A stretch of DNA of 63,310 bases, filler included, from Lenisia limosa (GCA_001655205.1; 4 parts of 4 records of this genome joined end to end with filler, not necessarily neighbours in it), one strand, 5' to 3'. Shown: positions 39,651-53,400, numbered from the whole stretch's first letter. Translations and numbers: made by a program. The notes: a model not told the origin generated them from the sequence alone.

Positions 39651-42600
39651 GAGCATATATAATATTTACAGATATCAAATACAGAATATATACATGTTTT
39701 TCTCGATATATCATATGTATGCATATACAGATATAGACAAAACATGAATCATGGGACAACTGTGAATCAGGGACAAAAAACTGTGAATCTCTTGTTTTTG
39801 AATAAACTATATGCTTGTTCTTTTTCTATTTCTGGTTATAACATTCTTTGTTGGCTCTCCCAGTAAGCACCACTTATTTTTTGTGAAATTGAATCCTAAT
39901 TCAAAGATACATGAGAAGGCAAAGAACATTACATAACAAAACACATCACTTCTTCAGGGTGCGAGTACGAACTGGGGTCTTGCGCTTGGCTGGGGCTTTG
40001 GCACGGTTAATCTATATTAGAGTCACAAACGTTCTTGGTAAAACAGTTTCATACTTCTCCCTTAAAAATAAACCACCAATATAGTAAACAGGAAGAAAAA
40101 TCTAGATAACGATATGTTACCTCATCATACATGTAAATATCGCATTCTATCCTGTGATTGACTGAAATTACTTTCGAAAATAACAAGAAAATGAAGTTTA
40201 TAGTATTTTTATAGGGAAAATTCAAGCTGTCCGGGAGTTTTGATGTGTCCGGAGATTTTGAATGATTTCCGGAGCTTTGACATTATATATAGTATATATA
40301 ATAAACAAGGCTTCCCTACGACCCCCAAAAAAGACTGAATTTCTCGATAAATCCTCGAAAACTGTAGATATTTTACCGTTCTTTTTGCGACCAAAGTGAA
40401 GCCCTATATAAATATGTGATAGACTAAAGGTAGTCTAGTATTGGAGAATTTTTGGGGGATGGGGTTACCTTCTAGACCTCCCACCAAATAATATTATTTT
40501 ATTTTTCAAAATGGCTTTTGTTAATTTTGCTGGTAACTTCAAAATATTGACATTCTACGCTCTGGTGTATTTATGCCATAAAATTCACTACGTTTTTTTT
40601 TTTTATGCATAATGGNNNNNNNNNNNNNNNNNNNNNNNNNNNNNNNNNNNNNNNNNNNNNNNNNNNNNNNNAAATTGAGAAAAGTTACACACAAAATCTT
40701 TTTGCCAATACTTATCTCACTGTATAACACATATGGCATATCCTAAACTGTTACTGGGACCATTTCACAAAACAATGAAATATAAAAGGAATAGTTTAAG
40801 TTCAGCGCAATAAAAAAATATCAGGAATATGTTGTAACGCTTAACAAACGTATTTCTGACACAGTCGTCGGGTATATGATTGCTCGTATTCCCTCGGTGT
40901 AGGTTCCTCGGGAATATGGCATTATGTCTTAGGCCGTTTGAAAACCCAATTTCACTAAATTTCTACTTTTTTTTTTACCATCTGTTGCCAAAATCACCAA
41001 ATAGCCCCATTTTTAAGGACTTTAGTAATGCTTGATTGACATGACGAACTTAGTGAATTTAATGTCAAACAAAGAATTGATTTGACATCTTACTTTTAAG
41101 GTGGTACTGTCAAAAATTTTATTACATTAAAATGCGACATATATACTATTGTGTACTTACATACAAATATATAATAACAATTACAAGGTCCAATAATAGG
41201 TTACATGACAGAAAAGCAGAGAATATTCGTCTGGAGGCGACGTGCACCACCTCCACAGCGTGGCCTCCTCGTGACCTCCTCATGGACGAAGACCACTCCT
41301 AGACCAACAGTATTGGGGGGGGGGTCAATATATGATGAGGCTGTAGTATCATAAGGAGTGTATGAATATACCATGACGAAAACGCTATTAACAAACTGAA
41401 AAAAGAACCGTATTTTTTTCTTGGGCAACTGATTCCAGAATGCACTATTCGTTCAACACAATTTAGAAGGTGTGAGGTTTGGTATTAGAAGTTGTCTTGG
41501 ATCACATAAAAAAGGAACGAGCAATCCTCCTACCTTGAGCGCCAGTATTTCATCATTGAGGGTTGGTCCGAGAAACAACTATAGATTGAACTCGGGGATA
41601 CGAAAATATTGGAAGAATGAAGTGTTGTTTTTTGGCTTTTATAATCCATGAGTCTTACTGTTAAAAATAATTGTCGATAAATTTCATAGGTTCCTTGGGG
41701 ATGCTCCTAAAAAAAAGTAACCAATACCAAAGTACCCAAAAGATCCTCCAGCACACGCTCTCATGTTGGGACGTCAGAAAACCGACGGAAAACATCTGAC
41801 GATGCGTCTGACACAAGCAAAATTTGCTATCGAATGTTGCAACATGATGATTCCGAAATGCTGAAAAATTATCCATTAATTCCAACGTTATACATATCCA
41901 TAGCATAAATTAAACAGGTATCCACTCCAGCCAGTTGTCTCGGATATCCGAGCAAACAGTTAGTTCACAACCAAGAACATTATCTCCCCCCCCCCCCNNN
42001 NNNNNNNNNNNNNNNNNNNNNNNNNNNNNNNNNNNNNNNNNNNNNNNNNNNNNNNNNNNNNNNNNNNNNNNNNNNNNNNNNNNNNNNNNNNNNNNNNNNN
42101 NNNNNNNNNNNNNNNNNNNNTGTTTCGAATAGATTGTCTTAGAATACTTACTCAGTATTTTATATCAAACTTTTTTTTTTCTCTCTTTTTTCTGGGTTTG
42201 TTACTTGGATGCAAATAGATTAAAAGCTGTTTAAATTGCCAATTTTTTTTCTTCGATTTATTTTCACTGAATTCTCTATGACAGCACCATCGTTTTATCA
42301 TTTTGGAGCAAACTAGTTAAATCAACAGAGAAAACTCTGTAACACTTCATTTTTTACTTTTCTTGGTGCATCTATCATGTCATAATCCTCTAATAAAATT
42401 TCGCATCTTATCTGAACAATTATATGCCAATTCCAAGAGTCGATAGCTTTTTATTGATTAACAGAGCTAAACATGCTTCAACAACTGGAAGCTGTCTCAA
42501 TGCAGAGCAATTTGAACTTGGTTTCCTTGAATCATGTTTGTTTATTCTGATTACTTTTGATTGCAAGGTCATCTTCTCAAGTAATAGGTTATCAATTGCG

Positions 42601-45336
42601 AAAGAATCAACTGTTTATCTCACAAGTTTTTTTTTTCAGTTATGCTGCCATTCTCTATGACAAATCCATCGATTTCAATGAATAGTCAGAGTCCTTTGAA
42701 AAAGAATTTTGAATTAACACAAAGACTGAGAAGTAGTGACGATATTAGTCAATACAGTCAGATGGCTTCGCAAGGTTTTCTAAATTGGTTATTATTAGCA
42801 CCACATGGTCTTCAAATTTTTGAAGAAAATATAAGACGCATGACACGTTTACTAGTGCTTTTGTTCTTATTATTCTGACAAACACTTCCCCAGACTTAGT
42901 TATGCAGAAAATTAAGTCATTTGCCTTGCAGAAGAAACATATCATTCAAAGGAACAAAACACCGTATAAAGTTGTGGTTTAGTTACTCAAAAGATATTTA
43001 TCCACGTTAAGTGCGCAAATGGAGAGGGTCTTATTTTTAAAATTAGGATTTTTCAAAGTATACACAGCTCCGTTGGTGTAATTGATTTTTCAAGAGTAAA
43101 AGTTTGACATGCCCTTGTTTCTAATTAGGGACACTTATTAGACTTTAAAAGACTGTTTAGACTGTATTCTGCCTGTATCCAGGATATGTTGGTTTCGATT
43201 TGAATATATTACATGCAAAAAGGCACCACCAACCCCAGGATTCAACAAGTAATATAAGTGTTTAAAGCGAGAGTGTGTATCGAACTTTTTGGGTTCGAGT
43301 CTTGTACAAGTTTGTTTTGTTTTTTTTTTTTGAAAAAAAAAAAAANNNNNNNNNNNNNNNNNNNNNNNNNNNNNNNNNNNNNNNNNNNNNNNNNNNNNNN
43401 NNNNNNNNCCTTAAATTTTGTGACTGAGGTTTCTACGTTCTCAGGTTCAAAATAAAAAAAATCCGATGAAAGACATCTCAGGTGCCAGAAAACTGAGCCA
43501 AATCTGACATTAACGAGCCTTCAATTTTACAGATTATTGTAGTTGTTATGAGAAATAAGAAGCATTATTTAAGAGCTTTATTAATGTTGAATAGTATCCA
43601 GCAGAAGAAGTGGAGATTGGTGCGTAAAAATAAATGTTTCGGTAGGAGAAGATCAAAAACCTTCTATTTATAATGCGAAAGTGTTTCAAGCTGTTTTTAC
43701 ACTTTCTTGCTTTCAGAATTCAGCGCCTCTTTACAGCGTTATGTGTGATATTGAAACTCACACCAAAACAAGTTTAAGTTTGTTTTGGTTTCAGAAATTA
43801 ATTGGCCCCAACAAGACGCATCGTTACTCCCCATCCACAAGAATACCAGGTGATCTCTCATTTTTCTTTTTTGGATCTCTAACAATTTGTCTTCCTGCAT
43901 ATTCCATTCCCTTACTTAGCAGCCGGCCTAGTGCCCAAATTTAGTGACAAACTGTTGAATTTTGTATCACCTATTGAGGCAATTTCCGCCCCCAAAAAGC
44001 TGTCAATAATCATCCTTGATGGCTCATACGAAATATGGAATAATATAAGGAACTCCCTTGCCTCACACTAATCCAATAACCCAATCCACTCTCGTAATAA
44101 TCATCCCCTCTCTATACAACCCCGTGGCAAGCCTAATTATTTTTGGGCATGTAAAGTGGATCCTTATACTATGGGGCTATCTTTCATCACCTTGGAAACA
44201 TATTACTACCCTTGCTTTCTTTCCCCTTCCCTGAAATCACACAGAGGTGTGACAGACTGAGTCTGGTTAGNNNNNNNNNNNNNNNNNNNNNNNNNNNNNN
44301 NNNNNNNNNNNNNNNNNNNNNNNNNNNNNNNNNNNNNNNNNNNNCCTATGTATTTATTTATTTCCCTAGATTTTTAATGTATATTACTTCCCTTGATCAT
44401 AAAAAACTTTGTATCATCAACTAACAAATATGACAAAATAGCGAAATCTGGAATTACTTTTGACGCCATTCAATTAGGTTCGAACAGGGCGGGCGTAGGA
44501 GTAGGGTTTGATTTTAGATGGGCCTTTAGTCCAGTGTTTCTAGAACATTCCTAAGAATAGGTGTTTTTCGAGTTTAGTGTTTTTTTAAAAAAAATACACT
44601 AAACTAGGAGTGGAAAAACAATAAAAATACACTAACTAGAGTCAGCCCATATCGTATACCCTCGGGAAAATGAAATGGTCATATTTTTCGTTTTGGGCTC
44701 TTTTTGTCTCTCTGATCCAACTATTAGAAGCATAAAACATCATTTACGGGACAAAGGGATAAAGGGGGTAAGAAGAGTGGGAGATATGGGGTGAGACGTC
44801 AGCGAAATGTCATTGATGAATATAATACAAAAATATGACATTTATCTTCAGCAGTAAGAGGGTCCAATGAGAAAAACCATCACTTAGCTTTAGAAAGCAG
44901 AAAAAGGAAGAAAGAAAAAACTATAAATACTGCATGCATCACTTTACATTAATTTTTATGTTTTAAGTAGAAAACCTGACTTCACCTTTTAGAAAGAACA
45001 GAAACACGATTTAGCTGCAAAGTGTAGTTAACATCGCTTTTATTCGAGAAATGGAACAACAAATATTGAACAAACAACCTCGGGTGTCAATGTCTCAATT
45101 CCTCCTTATTATGTACTAAGGGGGGAGAAAATGACACCCACAAACAAAGAACAATCATTATGCATAAAATGGTCAGCTGACCATATTCTATCATATTTCT
45201 ACCAGATTCTATCAGAATTTTATGAAGAATTAGAGAGACTATTTCAAAGTTCAGTTCACTTGCATTAAAGTGAAACCCCCTTTTTACCAGAAAACCTCTT
45301 AACCCATTGTCGGCACCGATACACTTATTGCCCACA

Positions 45337-48300
45337 ATGGTCGCTAGTACCCAAACTAGTGGCAGGAAGCGTGCAGCTACCACCACCCCCAAGCCCATTG
45401 CCTCCCGTCTTCGGATGGTTAAGACCCCTCTTGACAAAAACAAGAAGAAGGCTAAGGACGACTGTTCCGACGTCGACCTGGGGTTGGATGAGGAGTTTGC
45501 GTTTACTCCGATCCCCAAAAGATCAGGTTTGCTTCTTAGGACATATTTACGTGTATTAATGTTTATAAAATCCTCTTGATTCTGGTCATGTGACATTTCT
45601 AAAGATGTAATCAGAATAGAGGCTATCCTGCTTCCAAGAGAAGTGATACAATAATGAATGAAATTCACGCTTAACCAACCAATTTACGTTTTCTCATTGG
45701 TTTAGAACGCGTCGAGAAGGCAGCAGAGTCCGCTCCTTCCCAGCAACAAAACAAGTTCCTGCTCCAGCCTCCTGGAACAGCGACTTTGCTATGGCCCTGA
45801 TCAAGGAATTAAAGGTTCGCCTATTTTTGTCAGATAAAGACTAGGAGATGATGTTTCAAGCATTGTACCAGATGCAAATCAATAATGTCAAAATCATTCT
45901 CACCTTTCAGAACAACTCTGAGCTCCGTGAAGTCTTCGGCGAACTCTACAAGTCTTCTGACCTCGGGAACACAGCCTCTCACTTGCGTTCCTGCTGGTGA
46001 TCTCAAGGGTAAAGATCATTTTCGTTTTAAAGGCACGAAAGGCTGATAAGTTGACGACAATCTCTTTAAACTAATAAAAGTAAGTACTTTCCTTATAAGG
46101 AAAGTATGTTCTCAAGTGTGGATTACCCCTTAATTTGTTTCGAAATTTGCGAACAAAACTCGCCTACAGAGGACCATCAACGACATCCTGCCCGGCATTG
46201 AGAGTCTCCACATCCAGCAGGTCTTGTCCACCAGCTTCCGCGCCCTTGGCCAGGCCCCTACCCTTGGTGACGCCAACATTTCCGCCATCGGTGCCCTCAT
46301 TGAGGAAGGCTTCGTTTCGCAGGCGGCGAATAAGATCGACGCCGCCCCCTCCGTGGAGTACTCCCTCGAGGCTAGTTCCTTCTTCGCGGCTGCCCCGATC
46401 CTGGCGCCGATCTCGTCAAATAAGAAGTCTGAGGGTATTATATATTTTCACATATCAATACACAGTATGTTGAAAAATCATGCATGTATGGACATTCTAA
46501 CATATTCAGCAAGCTCATTTGCCGTGACTTTAATTCCGATCGCGGCTGCCGCCGAAACCCTTGCCCTCGCAACCACTTCTGTTTCTTCTGTAAGCAGGCG
46601 GGCCACTGCAAGCAGAAAGCGCAAGAGCTAAAAAAAATATGGTGTTTCGATATAACCCCCTTTGTTCTTCAACTTTCAAAATTATCTGTCATAGAATTGG
46701 GATATGATGAAGAAATCTTAACACTCTAAGCTTATTGATGACTCCATCAAGGCCCTCAACAAGAACGGTACCACCACTGACATTCCCGTCAATCCACTTG
46801 GCATCGCCACGAGAGAAGTCCTCCCACCTGAACAAGGTCAAACACAGGCTGATCATGGATGGTAAGGCTCTATCTGAGTACACCCTCGATGCCTCCTTCA
46901 CCGAACCACCCAGCTCTACAACATGCTACAAGAGGGATGATATCTGATGGGAGCTGATATGAAATACGCTTTCCACATTGTCACTCTACGACCCTCAAAC
47001 TACAACCGAGTCTGGTTCAAGACCCCATCCGGCATCACCATTTCATAAGCCTACCGATGGGTTTGAAGGACTGCCCCATCATCTTCGACCTTATCTCCGT
47101 TGCGTCCAACGAAGTAGTCAAGCTCCGCATCATGAACGGTCGCATACTGAATGGGACTACGATCTCAAGCACTACGACAATTCCCCGCAAGAATAAGAAG
47201 CCCTCCAATCCAACCTCCAGTCTTGGTCTAAGGACTGCGTCATCTCCATCTACTTTGACGACGTTTTCGGTGCCGCAAAAACCGAACTCATGGCAAAGTA
47301 CATGCTCGCTACTCTCTTCATCACCTGGAGAGAGTTACGCATTGCTATGGTGTTCATAAAGTCTATAGGCATATCCTGACGAGTTCACTATTTTGCCCCA
47401 AACCGCTTCGGTTGGTGAAATCCTAGTAAAGTTCATTGAAACCGACAACCACGGTGCATTGCACTACCTTATCTAACCTGAGGTGGGATAACGTCAGCTT
47501 GTCATACCAATAGGTGCGTTTTGCACTTTGTGTTAGGATATTGATTGTAGAATTAGAATATTAATTAATCTAATATCTCTTACTTATAAGTGTGATGATG
47601 TGTACGGCTTCAGCCGTATACAACCTTGTTTTATTTCTCATCCCTATATAGTATTTGGAGTTTTGGTGGAAGAAAAAAAATACAATAAAAAAAAAAAAAA
47701 AAANNNNNNNNNNNNNNNNNNNNNNNNNNNNNNNNNNNNNNNNNNNNNNNNNNNNNNNNNNNNNNNNNNNNNNNNNNNNNNTAACGAAAAATTAAAGGCT
47801 AGAGGAATAACTATCCACTTGGTCACGTCTTGGTACACTGTTTCCATTTCAGTAAATACACTCAGTGGTGCCACCTTGTCTTCATACGGAGTTATTTCCA
47901 GCATTTTGATAAGTGTGTTGATCTGGTTCGTAGTGTTACCGCTATACTAAATCCTTGCTGTGAGGGGTTGATGAAGTTTGAATTAGATTCAATGATCTTT
48001 AACATTTGTGAAGCAAGGATGACAGTTAGACCCTTGGAGATGCAAGGTAGCAGGGAAATGGGTCTGTGATATTTTTTTTGCAAGTGCTGCATCTTCTTTC
48101 TTTGGGAGAGCTGACAAGGTAGCTTCTGTGAATGGAATGGGGACATTCGGTGTAAATAGCATACTATTAGTTATTCCATCTTTACCTGGCGAAGTAGTGT
48201 TGTTAACAATAGAGAAATAGGACTTTACTTCTGAGTAAATAATGGATGAAGTAAGACTTTCCCAGAGGTCCACGTTGCCGATTGTCATCCACCCTACAAG

Positions 48301-48643
48301 AAGGTCCATCGTGTTAGGTGTTCTCCTGGACACATTATCTATTACCGCAAGCCTCCCCCAAGAGAAGATTGACGCCGACCTCTTCAACTTTAATGCGGCC
48401 CTCAACAGAGACATCTCCCTCTCCAAGCTCCAGTCTATCACCGGCAAGCCCAACTAGTCACTATTGGACGGTTAGCAAATATGATATGGAAAATCAGACC
48501 AATTTTTTTCGTATTATTGTGATAACATTGTACTTTGAACTGATTATCACGTGGAACTTGGCGTCAAGGACAAGAGGCCTCAACCACTGCCTCCTCAAGA
48601 CCGCCTCCACGCTCCACTTAGCGCACATCCCTTCAACTTCTTG
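45337..48643 (+). mobile_element. Degenerate DIRS/Ngaro-type (YR retrotransposon) element: gag-like ORF, RT, RNase H end
   Basis: Zn finger ICRDFNSDRGCRRNPCPRNHFCFFCKQAGH (~46520-46610); RT motifs VNPLGIA, KHRLIMDGKALSEY, ADMKYAFHIV, LPMGLKDCPIIF, IYFDDVF (~47250), PTRRSIVLGVLLDT...LPQEKI...LQSITGK (48290-48455); LHLAHIP near 48620. Frameshifted; tyrosine recombinase not seen. Confidence 0.8.
47790..48240 (-). mobile_element. Non-LTR (LINE) reverse transcriptase fragment nested antisense in the DIRS/Ngaro RT
   Basis: TSPGKDGITNSML, ALPKK, HRPISLLPCISK, FINPSQQGF are the LINE RT motifs PG.DG, YRPISL and Q.GF; frameshifted. Confidence 0.8.
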
Positions 48644-48668
48644 ACTCAATTTTGAAAAAAATACAAAC

Positions 48669-48915
48669 AATTGAAAGAAAATGAAGTTTTAAAGCACTCA
48701 CAATTACTTACCCGATATAGTAAGTTCAAATCGAAATAATTGAAAGAAAATGAAGTTTTAAAGCACTCACAATTTAAAGCACTCACAAATCGTCAATTAT
48801 TTCCTAATTGGGAAGGTAAGTAATTTCATTTGAAACCTTTAATAATAATTTCATTTGAAACCTTTTTTTATTATTGGGCTTGCGTCAATTATTTCCTAAT
48901 TGGGAAGGTAAGTAA
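48669..48915. repeat. Local direct duplications
   Basis: aattgaaagaaaatgaagttttaaagcactcacaatt occurs twice; cgtcaattatttcctaattgggaaggtaagtaa occurs twice. Confidence 0.8.
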
Positions 48916-49462
48916 CACATGTCCGTTACGTCAACCAGTTTTTGCCAAAATGCCACCTAAAATTTTCAAAGAAGTCGAAAATACTACTGGAGTACATGCT
49001 TCACAAAGTTTCTTGTACAGAAGCCACCAACTTACTTCAGAAAATGCTTTTCACCTGGATTCAGCATTACTAATGAAGCAAAAGTTTCACTCGATGTTTA
49101 CTGTATGACTAAATGTAGGCATTTTTTTAAAAAAATTTAGTTTTTCAATCTCATGTTAATGGATGAAATGAAATCAATGATTGCGGAAAATTCAAATTTG
49201 TACAAAGATAAAGTCATGGACCCTGCAACTCCCAAGTTCTTTCAGATGCTACACCTCTTACAATTGATAAGTTAGACAGGTACATTGCATTGAAAATTGG
49301 TTATGGTATTAAAAACACTGGCTCAGTTGACGATATTTGGTCGAGTAATTCTTGACTCCATGNNNNNNNNNNNNNNNNNNNNNNNNNNNNNNNNNNNNNN
49401 NNNNNNTTAATTAATTAANNNNNNNNNNNNNNNNNNNNNNNNNNNNNNNNNNNNNNNNNNNN

Positions 49463-49685
49463 GAGCAACCAACGCTAAAACTAGATAAAAGCCAGATGAC
49501 AAAAACACACACAAAAAACAAGCCCGAGCCAGCCTTTGAAGAGTCCCACCACTCGATCACCCAAACGTACCTGTAAGGCGTTAAAAAAGTAAGGAAAATG
49601 TTTTTTTTTAAAAAAATCCGACTTATTCACGGTCACAACCCAATCATAACGCTGAGCCCCAGAGGGAATCAAAGCTGGATGGAAA
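49463..49685. repeat. Dispersed ~200-bp repeat, second copy at 55716-55885
   Basis: Shared blocks accaacgctaaaac..aaaagccagatgacaaaaacac..aaaacaagcccgagccagcctttgaagagtcccacca and acccaatcataacgct..atcaaagctggatgga. Confidence 0.85.
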
Positions 49686-50479
49686 AATTGGAAAAATTTT
49701 GAATCAAAAAGGGGGCTGAAAGGGCTGAAGGAATATGGATATTTTGTACATTGTCCCCCTTCCCCCATACACTGACAAAAACTGTCCAGAGTGCTACCAT
49801 GGTGGCTGAAAACATCGCGAAAAGGTCCCCTGAAGCATTAATAACAAAATATGTTGTCCCAAGTGCTTTTTAATGGTACCCGAAATAGACTGACGTTCTT
49901 AATAAATTCACAATAATTATTCGTATTATACCGCCCGTAATGGAAGTTCTAGTTGTATGCATTATGAAACAAAAGATCACTCAGAATAACATGATTTAAT
50001 TTTATTCAGTTAATAATACTTGATATTCTGGGGGGAAAATCATGGAATTCGTTTTGAAGCTAAAAAAGGTCTTCTTGGCTAACATCGATGTACCCCCCTC
50101 TACCCACCCAAAACACCAGCAGAAAACGAGCCGTTACTAGAGGCATACCCAACTGTTACTATAAAAGTTAGGGGGCTCGGGGGCTTTCCTTTCGCCTTTG
50201 CCTGGGTAATATATCGAGGATTTATCGATATCAATCAAGGGTATAATCATAACTAAGAAGCATATCACACAATTTAATACCCCCTTACCGACACCCGAAA
50301 GCATGATACAGATACCTGCTGCCTTGGATATTCGAAACACTTCCTGCAGATGTTAAATAGTTCAATTTCGTGTGTGGATATCTTTGAAGGAAATCTCTAG
50401 AGCTAATACACACCCCTCCACCATTTATTATTTTTTACATATCTGTCCCTCACCACTCTCCACGTCTTTAGTTTTAGTT

Positions 50480-53400
50480 TGAACCAAGATGTCCACCGTA
50501 CCCCCCACGCTTTTGGTGTATATAACGTCAAGGGCGTACGACCAAACAGGAGCCGTCATGGCCGCAACAACTGCATCGGATACCTGGGGAGGGGGGGAGT
50601 AAAATTGGAAAATTTATGTTTTTTTTTGAAACAAAAAAAGCCCGAAATCAACTCTGTTGGCAGAAATACACGAGGGTTGAAAATAGCAAGACGAACAAAG
50701 CCCAAGCGCTTCTGCAGCAACGCATCCCATCACTCCAGCGTGGGAGGGGGGATTCTAATTTGGGAATCAAATCAAAACCCAAAATCAACTCTTTTGGTGA
50801 ACCCTTTTGACACACTTAGGAGCGTGAAAAACGTGAAAACGAAGTTGTTAAGAGTCCAACCCAGCTATTTGCTTATCACTCAGTGTCTTGTCTAACCTCC
50901 CTGCTTACTGACGTCATTTTCAATCCGAAGTTATAGGCAATTGCCATGGCTGTGAGAGGGTTAGGGGCAGTACCAGAATTACCAGAAAAATCAGAATTAC
51001 CGAGAAAAAAAAAAAACAGAATTTTTTTATTGATTAATAAGCTGCAAACCTGACAATACATGGTAAATGAAAAAGAAATACACCTCACTCAGTTCACTCT
51101 CTGTCAGCAACCCACAAACTAAAATATATAGGTAGAAGCATGAGCCCAGTTGTGGCTAAGAACTGCAGCGATGGCCGTTCCAATGACTCTGAATTGTCAA
51201 CAAATGAAACAGGGCTCATTAAGACAGCCAAGAAATGGAGTCGAAAAAGCCCTATTCTAGGAGGAATTTATATGATTTTTTTTATCAATGAGAAATAAAA
51301 AATAAGGTAGTATCTGACGAAGCCGTCCACAATAGTAATGCACCAATCATTTGCCTTTCAACTCTGTGTACACAGCTTTCTGCGTGCCTCCCCAGCATAC
51401 CTAGGAGAAATACAGTAAATATATCTATTCCTCTTAGCACTACCCACCACTTTCGCCTGGTTTGAACCATATGAGGACTGTGAGGAAGAGACAGAGGCTT
51501 GACGTGTTGATGTAGGTGAAGAGGGTGGAGGCTGAAATGTGAGATGTAGGTGAAGAGCGTGTAGGCTGAAATGTGAGAATTGAAATGACAATGTTTCATT
51601 TTGTGTGACATTTGGGAGAACCGCTAATACGAATCAATCGGGGTACTAATGAACTTGACAGTTTATTTAATTCTACTATCGTATCATATAATATATTTAG
51701 GGTTTACCTGTGTTCCCAAAAAAAGACAGAATTTCTGATAATTGTTTGATAAGTATCGATTTCTTTACCCCCCCACATATCAAAGCAACTTTAGTCTCAG
51801 TCTCAAGAAAGATATGGTTTCTGAGGAAAGACGATGCCACCACCAAGACCACAATGGTGGCGATGGAGGCCAGGCCGGCTCGGGACATTTCTAAGGGGGG
51901 GGGGGGGAANNNNNNNNNNNNNNNNNNNNNNNNNNNNNNNNNNNNNNNNNNNNNNNNNNNNNNNNNNNNCAATAATATTTTACACGTATTACCAAGCAAA
52001 AGTCGTCCATAAACCACCAACTCTCATTCTTAATGTCGGTGTCCTCTGTTTGTCCCTTGAACGCGCCCTGAATTTGGATTTCCACTGTGTCCACATCCAC
52101 GTCGTTCTCAACATCAGGGCCTAAGGGACATGAGGTCAAGCTGAGAATACACAATAATAGTGCATTTTTTTCTTGGAATACACAGGCTGTAGAAGTTATG
52201 GCGACGTCGGTCAAGACTTTTTATGACTACTAAATTATGTATTTAGATATTATAGTATAGTTATAGCAATGAGGAATAAAAAACAAGGTTATATCTGGCC
52301 GAAGCCGTCTACACCATCACAATTATAAGAGATATTGAATTACGTAGACATGTAATGTATGTGTGATATGTATGATGCGCCCTCACATCTATCACTCCCG
52401 CTCCTCTATCCACCTTTGCCCCAGCTTCTGTCTACTCCCCCCCCCCACTCTGTTCTGATTTCTGCCAGTCCCAGGACTGGAGGTTCCTCGAGTCCGACAG
52501 GTCTATTTCAGAGCCCATCGAGCCAGAAAGCACTACACTGTTAATGGGTGTGCATAATAGGGGGGGGGGGGGNNNNNNNNNNNNNNNNNNNNNNNNNNNN
52601 NNNNNNNNNNNNNNNNNNNNNNNNNNNNNNNNNNNNNNNNNNNNNNNNNNNNNNNNNNNNNNNNNNNNNNNNNNNNNNNNNNNNNNNNNNNNNNNNNNNN
52701 NNNNNCAAAAAATAAAGATTGTTTTATCCTGGAATGTGAATTTCGTACGAAGGAGCATTGTGCAAAATTCTTTTTCAAATCAAAAAGTAAAGGAAAAAAG
52801 CAAGGAATGAATTTGGGGAATCCAGACAAATGAAGATAATAATATAATTAAAAAGGGAGTATATCCAATGTCCAAAATGAATTTGCGTAATACCAATGCA
52901 GAGAGAAAACACTTGAGCAACACCGTGATCGAAGAGGCAACCACAGAGACTGTGAGGTTTAATAGAAACCAGTTTAGTAATGGTGAGGGGGGGGGGGGTA
53001 GAAGTATATAAGTGGATTGTCTCTCAGGTGTATCAGTGCGATGCTGCTTTACAAAGAAATCCGAAAGGCATGATCAGGAGCAATCCTCGTGTATGTCTTA
53101 CATTTTTGGGTATCATCTTTGTCGTTCATGTTGAGGCGGTNNNNNNNNNNNNNNNNNNNNNNNNNNNNNNNNNNNNNNNNNNNNNNNNNNNNNNNNNNNN
53201 NNNNNNTATCCCGACTTCATTTGTAAACTTATTTATAGGTTGTTCTTACGGAAAATAGGGAAACGAAGAGGGCTTCATAAAAAATTTCAAATGTTTTAAA
53301 AGCTTGTTACCTGGGATAACATACTACCATACTTCATGCCTTATCTCTGGGTTTTCCCCCACAACCAGCCCACAAGAGCCCTCTTCCTCTTCTTATTACT

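Noticed and set aside
42420-42900. Possible hAT transposase dimerisation motif (LLCIETASSC*SMFS) on the minus strand
   Set aside because: Spacing is off by one, ER is missing and there are many stops; cannot be supported without a profile search.
44572-44603. Near-palindrome gtttagtgt(t)n(a)ntacactaaac
   Set aside because: Short and largely homopolymer-driven; no second independent feature.
51311-51335. ctgacga in the TA-flanked repeat as a hammerhead ribozyme core
   Set aside because: Other copies read ctggcca/ctggccg, and no correctly placed GAAA or stems are present.
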